This document shows, piece by piece, positions 8,094 through 17,309 of a stretch of DNA of 41,290 nucleotides. Each line of letters starts with the position of its first letter. Positions within the stretch are counted from its first letter, which is position 1. The stretch lies in contig JAGTUY010000273.1 in the NCBI GenBank assembly GCA_018224455.1, positions 1-41,290 on the forward strand. The letters run 5' to 3'. This DNA comes from Desulfosarcina sp. (GTDB taxonomy: Bacteria > Desulfobacterota > Desulfobacteria > Desulfobacterales > Desulfosarcinaceae). The notes below the pieces were generated by a model that ran no database searches, was not told where the DNA came from, and saw only the letters and a list, made by a program, of their open reading frames with translations. Both the position numbers and the translations under genes were made by a program.

Positions 8094-10436
8094 CTATCGG
8101 CCGGACCTTTTTTGAAAGGCGTCGGCAAAAGGGTTGTTGAAGGGCATTGGCGATGCCGGTTTGGGTGCAGTTTTTGGCTTGGGCCGGTTGCCGGCCGGCC
8201 GTGTCTTCCGGGGATGATCGGCCCGGGGCTTCGGTTCCGGTCTTTTTCCCGGTTGACTTTTCATGGACAGCGAGATGCGTTTGCGGGGCAGGTCCACATC
8301 CATTACGGTGACGGTGACTTTTTGCTGAACACTGACCACATCTGACGGGGTTTTCACGAATCGGTCACACAGCTCGCTGATATGGACCAACCCGTCCTGG
8401 TGAACGCCGATATCCACGAAGGCGCCGAAATTGGTGACGTTGGTCACGATTCCGGGCAGCTTCATGCCCGGTTCAAGATCCTGGATGGCAGAGACGTTCG
8501 CGTCGAAAGAAAAATGCTCGAAGGGCTCCCGGGGATCCCTGCCGGGCTTGGCCAGCTCGTCCAGGATGTCGGTAAGGGTCGGCAGTCCGATGGTATCGGT
8601 GACATAGCGGTGCAGATCGATTTTTTTGCGCAGGCCGGCATCGTTCATCAGCTCGGCCACGCTGCAGCCCAGGTCTCCGGCCATGGCCTGGACCACGGGG
8701 TAGCTTTCCGGGTGGACCGCACTGGCATCCAGTGGGTTTTTTCCGCTTTTGATCCTTAAAAAACCGGCGCATTGCTCGTAGGCTTTGGGTCCCAGCCGTT
8801 TGACCTTTTTCAGGTCTTCGCGACCGGTAAAGGCGCCATGTTCGTCCCGGTGGCCGACGATGTTTTTGGCCAGTTGTGGCCCTAAGCCGGAGACATACGT
8901 GAGCAACTGGACGCTGGCCTGGTTCACTTCCACCCCCACGCCATTGACACAGCTGGCCACCACGTCGTCCAAGGACCCTTTCAGGGCGAACGGGTCTACG
9001 TCGTGCTGGTACTGACCCACGCCGATGGACTTGGGGTCGATTTTAACCAATTCTGACAAGGGGTCTATCAGCCGGCGTCCGATGGAAACGGCGCCGCGCA
9101 CGGTAAGGTCGTGCTCGGGAAATTCCTGGCGGGCGATTTCCGATGCCGAGTACACCGATGCCCCGCTTTCGTTGACCATGATCACCGGCAGCGATTTTGC
9201 GTCGACGGTTGCTTCCACGAAGGCCTGGGTCTCCCGGCTGGCGGTGCCGTTGCCCACGGCCACCGCTTCGATGTCAAATTGACGGCATAATGCAAAGAGG
9301 GTCTGTGCGGCGACGGCTGCCTGTCGCTCCGAGGTGTGGGGGTAAATGGTGTCGTTGTGCAGCAGCTTTCCCTGGCGGTCGAGGCACACGACCTTGCAGC
9401 CGGTTCGAAAACCCGGGTCGATGCCCATGACCCGTTTGGCCCCCAGGGGGGAGGCCAGCAAGAGTTGGCGAAGGTTGTCGGCAAAGACGCGGATGGCTTC
9501 GGCATCGGCCCGTTGTTTGACGGCTACCCGTACCTCGGTTTCCATGGAGCGGGACAGCAGGCGTTTATAGGCATCATGAGCCGCGGTCCGCACCTGCTCG
9601 GCATCGGGGCCGTCGCCCGTTACGAAAAGATCCTCTAAAATGGCGATGGCCAGCTCCGGAGGCGGGGCAATGGACAGACCCAGTATCTCCTCCTTCTCTC
9701 CACGACGCATGGCCAGGATTCGGTGGGATGGTGATGTTGCCACGGGTTCCTCCCACTGGAAATAGTCTTTGTACTTGGCCCCTTCGCCCTCTTTGCCGGC
9801 CACTACGCGACTGGTGATAACCCCTTTTTCAAAAAACAGGTGGCGAACCCGAGACCGGGCCTGCTGGTCTTCGTTAATCGTTTCGGCAATGATGTCCCGT
9901 GCGCCGGACAGGGCCGCTTCAACGCAATCTACGGTTTTTTCAGGGTCCACATAGCCATCGGCCAGCGCGATCGGGTCCGCCCCGGCTTGGGCCAGAATGG
10001 CCAGGGCCAGGGGTTCCAATCCCTTTTCGCGGGCAATCGTGGCCTTGGTCCGCCGCTTGGGCCGGTAGGGCAGGTAGATGTCCTCCAAACGGGTCATCGA
10101 TTCAGCGGCCTGCACCTGGGCTTTGAGATCCTCGGTCAGATGGCCGTGCTGCTCCAGAGAATTCAGGATGGCTTCCCGCCGGCTGTCCAACTCCTGCAAC
10201 TGGGTCAGCCGGTCCCGGATGGTGGACACCGCTACTTCATCCAGACTGCCGGTGGCCTCTTTGCGGTAGCGGGCAATGAAGGGCACGGTGGCGCCATCTT
10301 CCAGCAGCTGGGCGACGGCTTTGATCTGCGCCTCATTCAGGCGCATTTCTGCGCTGATCGCGTCGATATGGGAAAGGTTCGTTGGGTTTGTTGAGTTCAT
10401 TGAGTTTGTTGAGTTTATTGGGTGTGTTGAGTTCAA
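8094..10436 (-). CDS. tex: Tex family RNA-binding transcription accessory protein (start uncertain: TTG 10436 or ATG 10400)
   Basis: GATVPFIARYRKEATG, LEDIYLPY, IDPGFRTGCK, NESGASVYSAS, IGVGQYQHDV and a C-terminal S1 domain (FGAFVDIGVHQDGLVHIS). Confidence 0.95.
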   Translation of the reverse strand: MNSTHPINSTNSMNSTNPTNLSHIDAISAEMRLNEAQIKAVAQLLEDGATVPFIARYRKEATGSLDEVAVSTIRDRLTQLQELDSRREAILNSLEQHGHLTEDLKAQVQAAESMTRLEDIYLPYRPKRRTKATIAREKGLEPLALAILAQAGADPIALADGYVDPEKTVDCVEAALSGARDIIAETINEDQQARSRVRHLFFEKGVITSRVVAGKEGEGAKYKDYFQWEEPVATSPSHRILAMRRGEKEEILGLSIAPPPELAIAILEDLFVTGDGPDAEQVRTAAHDAYKRLLSRSMETEVRVAVKQRADAEAIRVFADNLRQLLLASPLGAKRVMGIDPGFRTGCKVVCLDRQGKLLHNDTIYPHTSERQAAVAAQTLFALCRQFDIEAVAVGNGTASRETQAFVEATVDAKSLPVIMVNESGASVYSASEIARQEFPEHDLTVRGAVSIGRRLIDPLSELVKIDPKSIGVGQYQHDVDPFALKGSLDDVVASCVNGVGVEVNQASVQLLTYVSGLGPQLAKNIVGHRDEHGAFTGREDLKKVKRLGPKAYEQCAGFLRIKSGKNPLDASAVHPESYPVVQAMAGDLGCSVAELMNDAGLRKKIDLHRYVTDTIGLPTLTDILDELAKPGRDPREPFEHFSFDANVSAIQDLEPGMKLPGIVTNVTNFGAFVDIGVHQDGLVHISELCDRFVKTPSDVVSVQQKVTVTVMDVDLPRKRISLSMKSQPGKRPEPKPRADHPRKTRPAGNRPKPKTAPKPASPMPFNNPFADAFQKRSGR
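10377..10436. repeat. Degenerate 9-bp tandem repeat (consensus GTTTGTTGA / TCAACAAAC), about 6.5 copies
   Basis: gttcgttgg gtttgttga gttcattga gtttgttga gtttattgg gtgtgttga gttcaa. Encodes the NST/NSM/NPT triplets at the Tex N-terminus. Confidence 0.85.
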
Positions 10437-10440
10437 ATTG

Positions 10441-10468
10441 GCTCATGGCTCAAAGCCGAGAGCTCATG
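10441..10468. repeat. Degenerate 7-bp tandem repeat (GCTCATG-like), 4 copies
   Basis: gctcatg gctcaaa gccgaga gctcatg. Confidence 0.65.
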
Positions 10469-10481
10469 GAAGAAAGATTTA

Positions 10482-10516
10482 TCCGATCTCCGTCCGCTGA
10501 CTTCAGTTTTCCGGAT
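10482..10516. repeat. Highly degenerate 7-bp tandem repeat (TCCGACC/TCTGACC-like), about 5 copies, overlapping the topA stop
   Basis: tccgatc tccgtcc gctgact tcagttt tccggat. Confidence 0.4.
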
Positions 10517-12797
10517 GTTCAACAGGCGCCATGCGGTGCCGGCAGTCGCGGTTGGGGCAGACGTGCGAGGTGCCGTCCCGCTTGGTCGTTTTTTCCACCA
10601 TGTAGGCATTGCCACACGCGGGGCAGGGGATTGCCACCGGCTTGTCCCAGCTGGCAAAACTGCATTTTGGATACTGGTTGCACCCGTAAAAGATTTTACC
10701 CCGCTTGGAGGATTTTTCCACGATCTCGCCGCCACAGCCCTTTTCGGGGCAGGCGACCCCAGTGGGCTTGGCATTGGGTCCACCGCTGAGGGACTGGGTA
10801 TGTTTGCATTCCGGGTAGCCGGTGCAGGCGAGAAAATCCCCATATCTGCCCCGTTTGACCACCATGGGCTTGCCGCACAGCTCGCAGACTTTGTCGGTCG
10901 CTTCGCTTTGTTGAACCGGTGCCACCGGGGCGATGATGCCCTTTTCATCCCGCTCGTAATCACTGGAGTAGGTGCATTCCGGATAGGCGGAACAGGCCAG
11001 AAAATGACCGTTTTTACCCATCTTGATGCGCAGGGCGTTTTTTTGGCACAACGGGCAGGTCAGGTCCGTGGGCATGCCCACGCCCTTGACGCTGAGCATG
11101 CTTTCACCGGCTTCTGCGAGCTTCCGGCTGAAGGGGCCGTAAAACTGGTTGAGGATGGTCAATGCCTCCACCTCGGATTGTTCCACCCGGTCCAGGTCGG
11201 TCTCCAGGCGGGCCGTGAACTCTACATCGAGGATTTCCGGGAAGCTGGCAATCAGCAGATCGTTGACGATGAATCCCAATTCCGTGGGCCTGAAATACCT
11301 GTTGATCAGTTCCACGTAGCCTTTGCCTCGAATGGTAGAGAGAATGGCCGCATACGTGCTTGGCCGGCCAATGCCGTTTTCCTCCAGCTCTTTGACCAGG
11401 GAGGCTTCTGAAAATCGTGGCGGGGGCTGGGTAAAATGCTGCTTGGGTTCGATTCCCAGCAGTTTTAGCGGGGACTTTTCCGCCAGTTCCGGCAGCGGCT
11501 GGCTTTTCTTGTTGCTTTCCGCTTCGTCATCGGCACTTTGATACACGGCGAGAAAGCCGGGAAATTTTACCGAGGAGCCGCTGGCAGTGAATGTATAGTC
11601 ATCGGCGGCGATGGAGAGGGTCTTCTGATCGATGAGCGCCTGGGCCATCTGGGACGCGACGAAACGCTGCCAGATCAGGGTATACAAGGCCAGCTGATCT
11701 TTTGACAGATAGCGTTTGACTTGATCCGGCGTGTGATAGACCGAGGTCGGACGAATGGCTTCATGGGCATCCTGCGCCTTGTTCTTATTCTTGAAAAAGC
11801 GTGGCCGGCTGATGGCGTACGCCTTACCGAAACGCTGGTTGATCAACGCCAACGCCTCCTGTGCCGCCTCGTCGGCGATGCGGGTGGAGTCTGTGCGCAT
11901 GTAGGTGATCAAACCAACGGGCTCACCCGGCCCCAGGTCGATGCCTTCATAGAGCTGTTGAGCAACCATCATGGTTTTTTTGGCGGAAAAGCGAAGTTTT
12001 TGAATCGATTCCTGTTGGAGCTTGCTGGTGATAAAGGGTGGCAGGGGATTGCGCCGTGTGGTCCGTTTGATGACTTTGTCAACGACGAATTGAGCTGTCT
12101 CCAGCTCCTTTAAGATGGCCGTGGCTGCAGCTTCATCCGGAATTTCTATTTTTTTTCCATTTTTGCGCACCAGCCGGGCCGCAAATGCCGGTGGTACCAT
12201 TCCCTTCAGATGGGCGGTGATGGACCAGTACTCCACGGGTGTGAATGCCTGAATGGCCCGTTCCCTGTCGCAGATAATGCGCACGGCCACGGACTGAACC
12301 CGGCCGGCACTGAGGCCTCCTTTCACCTTTCGCCAAAGCAGGGGCGAGATCTGGTAACCCACCAATCGGTCCAGGATGCGGCGGGTTTGTTGGGCTTCAT
12401 ATTTGTCCCGGTCCATATCCTTGGCCTTTGACATGGCCTCGAGAATCGCCTTTTTGGTCAGTTCGTGAAACAGCACCCGGTGAAAAACGCGGCCCTTTTT
12501 TTTAAGCACTTCGGAGGTGTGCCAGGCAATGGCCTCCCCTTCGCGGTCCGGGTCAGGGGCGAGATAGATGTCTGTCGCATCGCCGGCGGCCGACTTCAAC
12601 TGGCTCAACACTTTTGTTTTTCCGGGAATCGTCTTGTATTGCGGAGCGAAGTCGTTTTCGATGTCGATGCCCAGGTCTTTGCTGGGCAGGTCCTTGATGT
12701 GTCCCACGGTTGCGGCCACGTTGTAGTCGTTGCCGAGATATTTTTTAATGGTTCTAACCTTTGTGGGTGATTCTACGACCACCAGGGGTTTACTCAC
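10503..12797 (-). CDS. topA: DNA topoisomerase I (type IA)
   Basis: VVESPTK, DPDREGEAI, SAGRVQS, GLITYMRTDS (catalytic Tyr), GIGRPSTYA and three C-terminal C4 zinc ribbons. Confidence 0.97.
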   Translation of the reverse strand: MSKPLVVVESPTKVRTIKKYLGNDYNVAATVGHIKDLPSKDLGIDIENDFAPQYKTIPGKTKVLSQLKSAAGDATDIYLAPDPDREGEAIAWHTSEVLKKKGRVFHRVLFHELTKKAILEAMSKAKDMDRDKYEAQQTRRILDRLVGYQISPLLWRKVKGGLSAGRVQSVAVRIICDRERAIQAFTPVEYWSITAHLKGMVPPAFAARLVRKNGKKIEIPDEAAATAILKELETAQFVVDKVIKRTTRRNPLPPFITSKLQQESIQKLRFSAKKTMMVAQQLYEGIDLGPGEPVGLITYMRTDSTRIADEAAQEALALINQRFGKAYAISRPRFFKNKNKAQDAHEAIRPTSVYHTPDQVKRYLSKDQLALYTLIWQRFVASQMAQALIDQKTLSIAADDYTFTASGSSVKFPGFLAVYQSADDEAESNKKSQPLPELAEKSPLKLLGIEPKQHFTQPPPRFSEASLVKELEENGIGRPSTYAAILSTIRGKGYVELINRYFRPTELGFIVNDLLIASFPEILDVEFTARLETDLDRVEQSEVEALTILNQFYGPFSRKLAEAGESMLSVKGVGMPTDLTCPLCQKNALRIKMGKNGHFLACSAYPECTYSSDYERDEKGIIAPVAPVQQSEATDKVCELCGKPMVVKRGRYGDFLACTGYPECKHTQSLSGGPNAKPTGVACPEKGCGGEIVEKSSKRGKIFYGCNQYPKCSFASWDKPVAIPCPACGNAYMVEKTTKRDGTSHVCPNRDCRHRMAPVEHPEN

Positions 12798-13929
12798 TGG
12801 ATACCTCTTGGTTGTGTTTGTGTTGTCGATCGATGCCGGGCGTCAGGCAAAACCGTTTGCCCGGCGACTGGACCACCAGTCCTTTGAGTTCCAACTGAAG
12901 CAGCAGCCCGGACAGCCGGCCTGACGAAAGCGTCAGACGCCTGGCCAGGTCATCGATGTGAACGGAGTCGGCTTCAAGACTATCGAAGACCATGGCTTCG
13001 TCATCCGTCAATGCCGGTGCTGCCGGTTTCGGCGGCTTTGATACGTGCTGCGCATGCGGTTGAATGTGCTCAAATTCATCCAGAACATCCCCGGCATGCA
13101 CCACCAGTTTGGCACCTGCTTTGATCAGGGTGTGGGTACCGACGCTTTTGAACGAATGAATGTTTCCGGGAACGGCAAACACCTCCCGATTCTGTTCGGC
13201 GGCCAAGCGGGCGGTGATCAGCGATCCGCTTCGGCCAGTGGCCTCCACCACCACCGTTCCGTGGCACATGCCGCTGATGATCCGGTTGCGCGCAGGAAAA
13301 TGGTGCGCGTCTGGGCCGGTGTCGAGGGAAAATTCGGTGATCACGGCACCATTTTCGGCGATCTGGTGGAACAGGCGTGCATTTTCCCTGGGATAAATCT
13401 GATCCAGACCGGTACCTAAGACGGAGACCGTACACCCGCCGGCGGCGATGGCACCGGAATGGGCTGCGGTATCCACCCCCCTGGCCATACCGCTGACGAT
13501 ATTTACCTGCTGCCTGGCCAGGTCCATGCAAAGCTGCCGCGTGGTGGAGATGCCGTAATCGGTGGCATTGCGGGACCCCACGACGGCGATGTTCAGCCCG
13601 GTGGCCGGCAGCGACCCGTAAACGTATAAAAAGGGCGGCGGGTCCGGAATCTGGTGCAGAAGCGGGGGATAGCCAGTGTCTGTCTGGGTGACGATGGTGT
13701 ATCCTTTTTGGTGGACCGCATCCAGTTCCCGGTCAACCGCATTCGGGACTCGGTGGCGTTGTATGGATGCGGCCAAACGGGTGGTAACCCCCTGGACCGC
13801 CTGTAACGCAGGACCGTCTGCGCACAGCACGGCTTCGGGTGATCCGAACTGCTCCACCAGACGTCGAAACAACAGATTGCCTACCCCTGGCACGCTTTTC
13901 AGGGCGAACCAGGGTCGTAGTGAATCCAT
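12790..13929 (-). CDS. dprA: DNA-processing protein DprA
   Basis: VVGSR, VSGMARGVDTAAH, FPARNRIISG, SGSLITA, REVFAVPG and a C-terminal winged helix. Canonical dprA-topA pair. Confidence 0.95.
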   Translation of the reverse strand: MDSLRPWFALKSVPGVGNLLFRRLVEQFGSPEAVLCADGPALQAVQGVTTRLAASIQRHRVPNAVDRELDAVHQKGYTIVTQTDTGYPPLLHQIPDPPPFLYVYGSLPATGLNIAVVGSRNATDYGISTTRQLCMDLARQQVNIVSGMARGVDTAAHSGAIAAGGCTVSVLGTGLDQIYPRENARLFHQIAENGAVITEFSLDTGPDAHHFPARNRIISGMCHGTVVVEATGRSGSLITARLAAEQNREVFAVPGNIHSFKSVGTHTLIKAGAKLVVHAGDVLDEFEHIQPHAQHVSKPPKPAAPALTDDEAMVFDSLEADSVHIDDLARRLTLSSGRLSGLLLQLELKGLVVQSPGKRFCLTPGIDRQHKHNQEVSSE

Positions 13930-14964
13930 CTATTTTCTCCGGGTCTGCCATGCCAGCAGGATGGGACTGGCCACGAAGATTGACGAATAGGTGCCGATCA
14001 TTATCCCGACGAGGAGGGCAAAGGAAAAATCGTGGATGATGCCGCCGCCGAGGATGAACAGGGCCAACACGACGATCATCGTCGTTCCTGAAGTAAGAAT
14101 GGTGCGGCTCAGTGTTTCATTGATGCTCTTGTTTAAAATAATGCTCAGGGGCTCTTTGTGATACTTGCGCAGGTTTTCCCGGATGCGGTCGAATACGATG
14201 ATGGTGTCGTTGAGGGAATAACCGATGATGGTGAGCAGCGCAGCGACGATGGGCAGGGTGAATTCTTTATCGAATATGGAGAACATGCCAACGGTAATGG
14301 TGACGTCATGGATCAGCGCCACAATGGCCCCCATGGCATATTTGAATTCAAAAAACCAGAAGATGACCAAAGAGACGACCAGGGCGGCCAGCATGAGAAA
14401 GGGAACGGAGACTTGGAAAAGGGAGAGCAGGTAGACCGCCCCCATGATGGCGGCCGCCACGATGCCGCTCATGGCCCACTTGAGTTCAAAACGGCCGGAG
14501 ATGTAAACGGTAATCAAGAGCAGGGCGTAAAACATGGCGAACAGGGCCTTTTCCCGCAGGTCCTGCCCCACTTGGGGGCCGACCATTTCGACGCGACGGA
14601 TCTCCACCGGCACATGGGTGGCCTCCTTGAGGTTTTTTTCGATCCTTTCTGACAGCCCTTCCATCACCGGGTTGCTGGCATCGGTGCGGATGAGGTATTC
14701 ATGATCGTCCGCCTGGCCGAATTGCTGCACCGCAGAAGCGGCCAGCTCCATTGCTGCCAGTCCGGACTTGATTTGGTCGATGGTGACGGATGCCTCGAAT
14801 TTGACCTGGACCAGGGTGCCGCCGGCAAAGTCGATCCCGTAGCGGGGGCCCCCGTTGACCACCAGTGAACCGATGCTGATCAGGATCATCACCAGCGAGA
14901 GAACGAAGGCGATTTTGCGTTTTCCAATAAAATTGATATTGATACCCGGTTTGATAAACTGCAT
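13930..14964 (-). CDS. secF: Protein translocase subunit SecF
   Basis: GIDFAGG, VGPQVG, ALIHDV, IGYSLNDTIIVFDRIRE and GTYSSIFVA. Confidence 0.96.
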   Translation of the reverse strand: MQFIKPGININFIGKRKIAFVLSLVMILISIGSLVVNGGPRYGIDFAGGTLVQVKFEASVTIDQIKSGLAAMELAASAVQQFGQADDHEYLIRTDASNPVMEGLSERIEKNLKEATHVPVEIRRVEMVGPQVGQDLREKALFAMFYALLLITVYISGRFELKWAMSGIVAAAIMGAVYLLSLFQVSVPFLMLAALVVSLVIFWFFEFKYAMGAIVALIHDVTITVGMFSIFDKEFTLPIVAALLTIIGYSLNDTIIVFDRIRENLRKYHKEPLSIILNKSINETLSRTILTSGTTMIVVLALFILGGGIIHDFSFALLVGIMIGTYSSIFVASPILLAWQTRRK

Positions 14965-15037
14965 GAATCAAGTCCTTGATTGTGGTTTTGCGTTGACGGC
15001 CAGGGGACAACTGCCTGCTCGGACCGGGGCATCAGGC

Positions 15038-16615
15038 TTAGATGCTGATGGTTCGAACTTTACGATTGATCAGAAAGTAATCGAATATGGCGCGCGTCAG
15101 CACCAACGCGGTGAACAGGCTGGCCACCACCCCAAGACTCAAGGTGACGGCAAAACCCTTCACCGGACCCGTGCCGAATTGAAACAGCACCAGGGCGGCG
15201 ATCAGGGTGGTGACGTTGGCATCCATAATGGTCAAGGTCGCTCGCTCGTAGCCGGCATCCACCGCGGCCCTGGGCGTTTTGCCCAGGGTCATCTCTTCCC
15301 TGATCCGTTCAAATATCAAAACGTTGGCATCCACGGCCATGCCAATCGTCAGGATGATGCCGGCGATACCGGGCAGGGTGAGTGTGGCACCGAATCCAGC
15401 TAATCCGCCGGCGATGAGCAGGATGTTGAGAATCAGGGCGCAATCGGCAATGATCCCCGATCCTTTGTAGTAGACGACCATGAACAGAATCACCAGGATG
15501 CCCCCCACACCCATGGAAAGCAGGCCCATTTGGATGGAGTCAGTTCCCAAGGATGGGCCGACGGTCCGTTCTTCCAGAATCTGGACGGGTGCCGGCAGCG
15601 CACCGGCACGCAGCACGATGGCCAGGTCACGGGCTTCTTCGGTAGTGAAATTTCCTGTAATTCGGGCCTCTCCGCCGGCGATTTTGTCCTGTATGACCGG
15701 TGCGGAGTAGACGTTGCTGTCCAACACGATAGCCAGGCGTTTTTTGACGTTTTCACCGGTAATGCGCTCGAAGAGCCGGGCCCCTTTTTTGTCGAACGTG
15801 ATCGAGACATACGGTTCATTGTACTGACTGTCGATTTGCACCCGCGCATCGGTCAGATACGCCCCGGTCAGGGACGTGCGCTTTTTGATCAGATAGGGAA
15901 TCTTCTGGACGCGGCGGGTCGTCTGGTCTTCTTTGGTTTCGTAAAGGATCTCGCTGCCGGTGGGTACGTTTCCGCTCAGAGCGGCATTCACGTCGTGATC
16001 CTCGTCCAGCAGTTTGAACTCCAGCAGGGCGGTCTTGCCGATCAGTTCTTTGGCACGCTGGGTGTCTTTGATGCCCGGCAACTGGACCAGAATGCGTTGT
16101 TCTCCCTGAATGCGGATGTCCGGCTCGCTGACCCCGAACTGGTCAATGCGGTTGCGGATGGTCTCCAGGGCCTGATCCACGGCCAGCTTGCGTATATGAT
16201 CGGTTTCCTTGTCGGGAAGGTCTAAGACGATCCTCAGCACACCATCCCTGACGGTCCGGTCGGCAATCCGGAGATCGCGGAATTCTTCGTCCAGCAGGTC
16301 CTCGAAACGCTGGACGTTGTCCGCTTCGGCGACCTTAACGGCCAACTTGACGGTTTCCACCCGTTCGATGCCCAAGGTTCGAATCCGTTCCTTTTTCAAC
16401 AGATCCCGCATCTCCTGACCCACCCGCTCGATGGTGTTTTCAACGGCCTTGTCCGCATCAACCTCCAGCACCAGGTGCATGCCGCCCTGAAGATCGAGGC
16501 CCAGGTTGATTTTATTATGGGGCCAGACACCGGGCTGAATTGTCGGAATCACATACACCACGGCGGCAATGATGACCGCCGCAATCACGATGAGCCTCCA
16601 CGAAAGATTCTTCAA
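15038..16615 (-). CDS. secD: Protein translocase subunit SecD
   Basis: LGLDLQGG, RIDQFGVSEP, LRAGALPAP, VGPSLG, GMAVDANVLIFERIREE and DANVTT. Confidence 0.97.
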   Translation of the reverse strand: MKNLSWRLIVIAAVIIAAVVYVIPTIQPGVWPHNKINLGLDLQGGMHLVLEVDADKAVENTIERVGQEMRDLLKKERIRTLGIERVETVKLAVKVAEADNVQRFEDLLDEEFRDLRIADRTVRDGVLRIVLDLPDKETDHIRKLAVDQALETIRNRIDQFGVSEPDIRIQGEQRILVQLPGIKDTQRAKELIGKTALLEFKLLDEDHDVNAALSGNVPTGSEILYETKEDQTTRRVQKIPYLIKKRTSLTGAYLTDARVQIDSQYNEPYVSITFDKKGARLFERITGENVKKRLAIVLDSNVYSAPVIQDKIAGGEARITGNFTTEEARDLAIVLRAGALPAPVQILEERTVGPSLGTDSIQMGLLSMGVGGILVILFMVVYYKGSGIIADCALILNILLIAGGLAGFGATLTLPGIAGIILTIGMAVDANVLIFERIREEMTLGKTPRAAVDAGYERATLTIMDANVTTLIAALVLFQFGTGPVKGFAVTLSLGVVASLFTALVLTRAIFDYFLINRKVRTISI

Positions 16616-16644
16616 CGCTTCGTTCCTTTCACGATATACATACC

Positions 16645-16734
16645 AAAGCCCCAGCCGCCGTTTTACCCCTGGACCGACAGCAGGTGAAACGGCGGTCGAA
16701 TCAGGTTAATGGTCCGGTGGCAATGGGGCTTTTT
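16645..16734. other. Intergenic structured element (nested inverted repeats)
   Basis: Outer perfect 9-bp stem (16645-16653 with 16724-16732) and inner 13-14-bp stem (16654-16667 with 16683-16696). Confidence 0.5.
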
Positions 16735-16753
16735 AGGAGAAACCGATTTAGAT

Positions 16754-17125
16754 TTAGGATTTGCCGTTGTCGGTTTTGTCTTTCTTTTCTTTTTTGGGCG
16801 CGGCCGGGGGCGGGGAGGTCTGCATCAACCCGGACACGCTGCTCCGGTTGACTTTCACGCGAACTTTTTCAGCGATCTCCACGGTCAACGCGCTTTCCGA
16901 GACGCCGGTGATCCGTCCGTGAAGGCCGCCACTGGTGATAATCCGGTCACCGGTTTTCAGGTTGTCAATCATCTGCCGGTGCTCTTTGGTTTTTTTCTGT
17001 TGGGGACGGATCAGCAGAAAATAAAAGATGACAAACATGAGAATCAGCGGAATAAACGACGCGAATCCTCCCGAACCACCTGGGGCGCCTGCCCCCCCCT
17101 GTCCCATAGCGTAAGCGATATTCAT
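16754..17125 (-). CDS. yajC: Preprotein translocase subunit YajC
   Basis: IFYFLLIRPQQKK and GDRIITSGGLHG. AGGAGG upstream of ATG 17125. Upstream of secDF. Confidence 0.95.
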   Translation of the reverse strand: MNIAYAMGQGGAGAPGGSGGFASFIPLILMFVIFYFLLIRPQQKKTKEHRQMIDNLKTGDRIITSGGLHGRITGVSESALTVEIAEKVRVKVNRSSVSGLMQTSPPPAAPKKEKKDKTDNGKS

Positions 17126-17229
17126 TGGTATCAAAACCTCCTGTCAGATATTTCAAGCGGTTGCCGGTGAATTCTTGAAATCGCGTTTACCGGCGTCACG
17201 CTTGTTTGGCAACCGTTAAAAGTGGCGCT

Positions 17230-17258
17230 GATATACTTCAAATCACCCGCCCCGTCAA
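17230..17258 (-). promoter_or_regulatory. Candidate sigma70 promoter for yajC-secDF
   Basis: TTGACG-N17-TATATC on the minus strand. Confidence 0.45.
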
Positions 17259-17309
17259 TTAGTTCCTTTGGATGGGCAATGATCCTGGCAATTCAATAGC
17301 GCAAAACCC

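Noticed and set aside
10377-10516. Repeats as a CRISPR array
   Set aside because: Units are 7-9 bp in direct tandem with no spacers, and there are no cas genes.
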